Source: Macrostomum lignano
Lineage: Eukaryota
DNA length: 64,000 bases
Assembly (NCBI GenBank): GCA_002269645.1
Contig: NIVC01001730.1
Span: 124,001-188,000 of the forward strand
Reading direction: 5' to 3'
Numbering within the stretch: the stretch's first letter is position 1; every line of letters starts with the position of its first letter. Position numbers and translations under genes: made by a program. A model generated the notes under the pieces. That model was not told the DNA's origin, did no database searches, and saw nothing but the letters and a program-made list of their open reading frames with translations. Shown in pieces: positions 62,416-64,000 of this stretch.

Positions 62416-62732
62416 CTGCAAAGTTCGGCTCAACGGCTCGCTGGCTTTTAAGACGCCGCCCTTTCGTGCCCTGTCAGTTCCCTCCGTGTTGGTCCCCTCC
62501 GCCCCGCGCGCCGTCGCCCCGTCCGCCAACGGGCCGGCAACGTCGCCTCCGCTGTCGACGAAGCCGCCTCGGCGCGTGTGGCCCCAGGAGCTGCGGATCC
62601 CGACAATCAGCTTCAGCAGCAACACCAGCAAGTGCGCCGGATCCAGCCTCACCCTGGTGTGCCGCATCAGGCCCAGCTTCGCCAAGATGCAAATCCGATT
62701 CCTGCCCGCTGCTGCTGACTTCGATGCCAACG
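62416..62732 (+). CDS. Ig-superfamily protein exon 4
   Basis: cttcag|C TGC in phase 2 completes DTIGIYSCKV; contains LTLVCRI; donor G|gtaact. Confidence 0.8.
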
Positions 62733-62864
62733 GTAACTGCTGCTGACTGAGTCTCTATCTAAGTACTTTTAGGCCAGGATCCCTTGCTATTCTCTTGTTA
62801 AGTGCCTGAGAATGTCCATCAGATAAGGCCACGCCTTAGCAACTATGCGTCTATAGGGTTCTAA

Positions 62865-63200
62865 TGGGATCCCGAATCTAACCCTGATCGAATCTCATCT
62901 CGGGATTCCACTTCCCATTCTGAGTCTAATCTCGGGATCCCGATTCCCATTGAGTCTAATCTCAGGATCCCGATTCCCATCCTGAGTCTAATCTCAGGAT
63001 CCCGATTCTCATTCTGAGTCTAATCTATCTCAGGATCCCGATTCCCATCCAGAGTCTAGTCTCAGGATCCCGATTCCCATTCTGAGTCTAATCTCAGGAT
63101 CCCAATTCCCATCCTGAGTCTAATCCCGGGATCCCGATTCCCTTGCTGAGTCTAATCCCGGGATCCCGATTCCCTTGCTGAGTCTAATCTCGGGATCCCG
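62865..63200. repeat. ~32-bp array (Ig gene intron 4)
   Basis: gggatcccgattcccattctgagtctaatctc. Confidence 0.9.
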
Positions 63201-63334
63201 ATTTTCATCTCTCAGCATATCATTGTCTCTCATAAATTCACGCAAAGCCGTAAGTCTTAGTCAAAAAGCCCAGGCCGCAAATCCTAAGACCGTTCCGTTG
63301 AAAATCCCATTCTCAATTCTCCCCACCCTGTCAG

Positions 63335-63577
63335 CCACTGTCCTGGGCAGCTACTCCCTGAACAGCAGCTCGGGCCTCTGGATCGGCTCCCGCTTCGTCA
63401 TCGCCTCGGGCCGCAGTCAGGACGGCGTTCTCGAGGTGACGCTGGCCAACCTGACGGTGCTGAACTCTGGCTGGTACAGCTGCAGCGGCGAAGTGCTCGA
63501 CAAGAAGTACGAGCGTTGGCCCGAGGCCAAGGGCATGCACCTGGATGTTGTGCCTCACTGCTTCCGGCAGGAGCGGG
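63335..63577 (+). CDS. Ig-superfamily protein exon 5 (gene continues beyond the window)
   Basis: ctgtcag|CC. LTVLNSGWYSC; donor G|gtgagc in phase 1 with no further exon seen in the window. Confidence 0.82.
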
Positions 63578-64000
63578 GTGAGCTGCTGCTGTCTCATGCT
63601 TTTGGTTGCTGCCAGCTGCCTTTTTGTGTTTTCGTCAGTCAGTCTTCCGTCTGTCATCGCACCCGAATCCTGAACTATTTAGGCTCGGCTACTGGCAGTG
63701 AAATTTCCAGAATTATGCAGACTTGTTGATCGTCAATAAAATTTATTTTTTGTTTTCTTTGAACTTGTTTCGCATGTCTTTCATCTTGTCTCTCCTAGAG
63801 GCAGCAATAAGCCTTGACTTCTATTGATATTACCCTGCGCTCACCTTTTTTGCTTATCGTGGTCATTTATCGTGCCATTGCTGCTTTGCACTGACCAGGC
63901 CCTTGGTTCCACAGTTAAAACTGGAAGGAACCGAAAGACTACAAGAACAGTTGCCTTATCTGTCTCTTTGGCTGTCTTTTATTCTGTCAAACAGCTCGGT

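Overview
Eukaryotic, intron-rich animal genomic DNA. The lineage is probably a flatworm such as Macrostomum, which is an inference from GC-rich exons and minisatellite-filled introns, not from a database match. Five spliced genes can be reconstructed with frame-consistent GT-AG junctions. (1) An anion-selective Cys-loop receptor of the GlyR/GluCl type, minus strand, exons 5862-5675, 4433-4103, 2464-2069 and 44-<1, 3' end outside the window. (2) ABCB6/HMT-1, minus strand, 6 exons, 25356-17228, 873 aa. (3) WDR76/CMR1, plus strand, 7 exons, 33055-42729, 557 aa. (4) ADAM10/kuzbanian, plus strand, 5 exons, 46338-54009, 981 aa. (5) A multi-Ig-domain protein, plus strand, from 59015 and continuing past the window. 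An unidentified minus-strand gene at about 10346-13640 carries a 5'-truncated LOA-like LINE with a 12-bp target-site duplication at a putative splice donor. There is also an RTE-like RT fragment, several TIR or palindromic non-autonomous elements, a decayed hAT remnant and about 30 distinct tandem arrays, mostly intronic. The most unusual signals are: a dense cluster of TA-GGCC-TA and TA-GCC/GGC-TA motifs that in-window paralogs show to be insertions at TA sites (candidate excision footprints); satellite arrays that share a core and end at the same base; a (TATC)154 tract between a polypyrimidine tract and its acceptor AG; and an intronic array complementary to the adjacent 5' splice site. No rRNA, intact tRNA or CRISPR array was seen.
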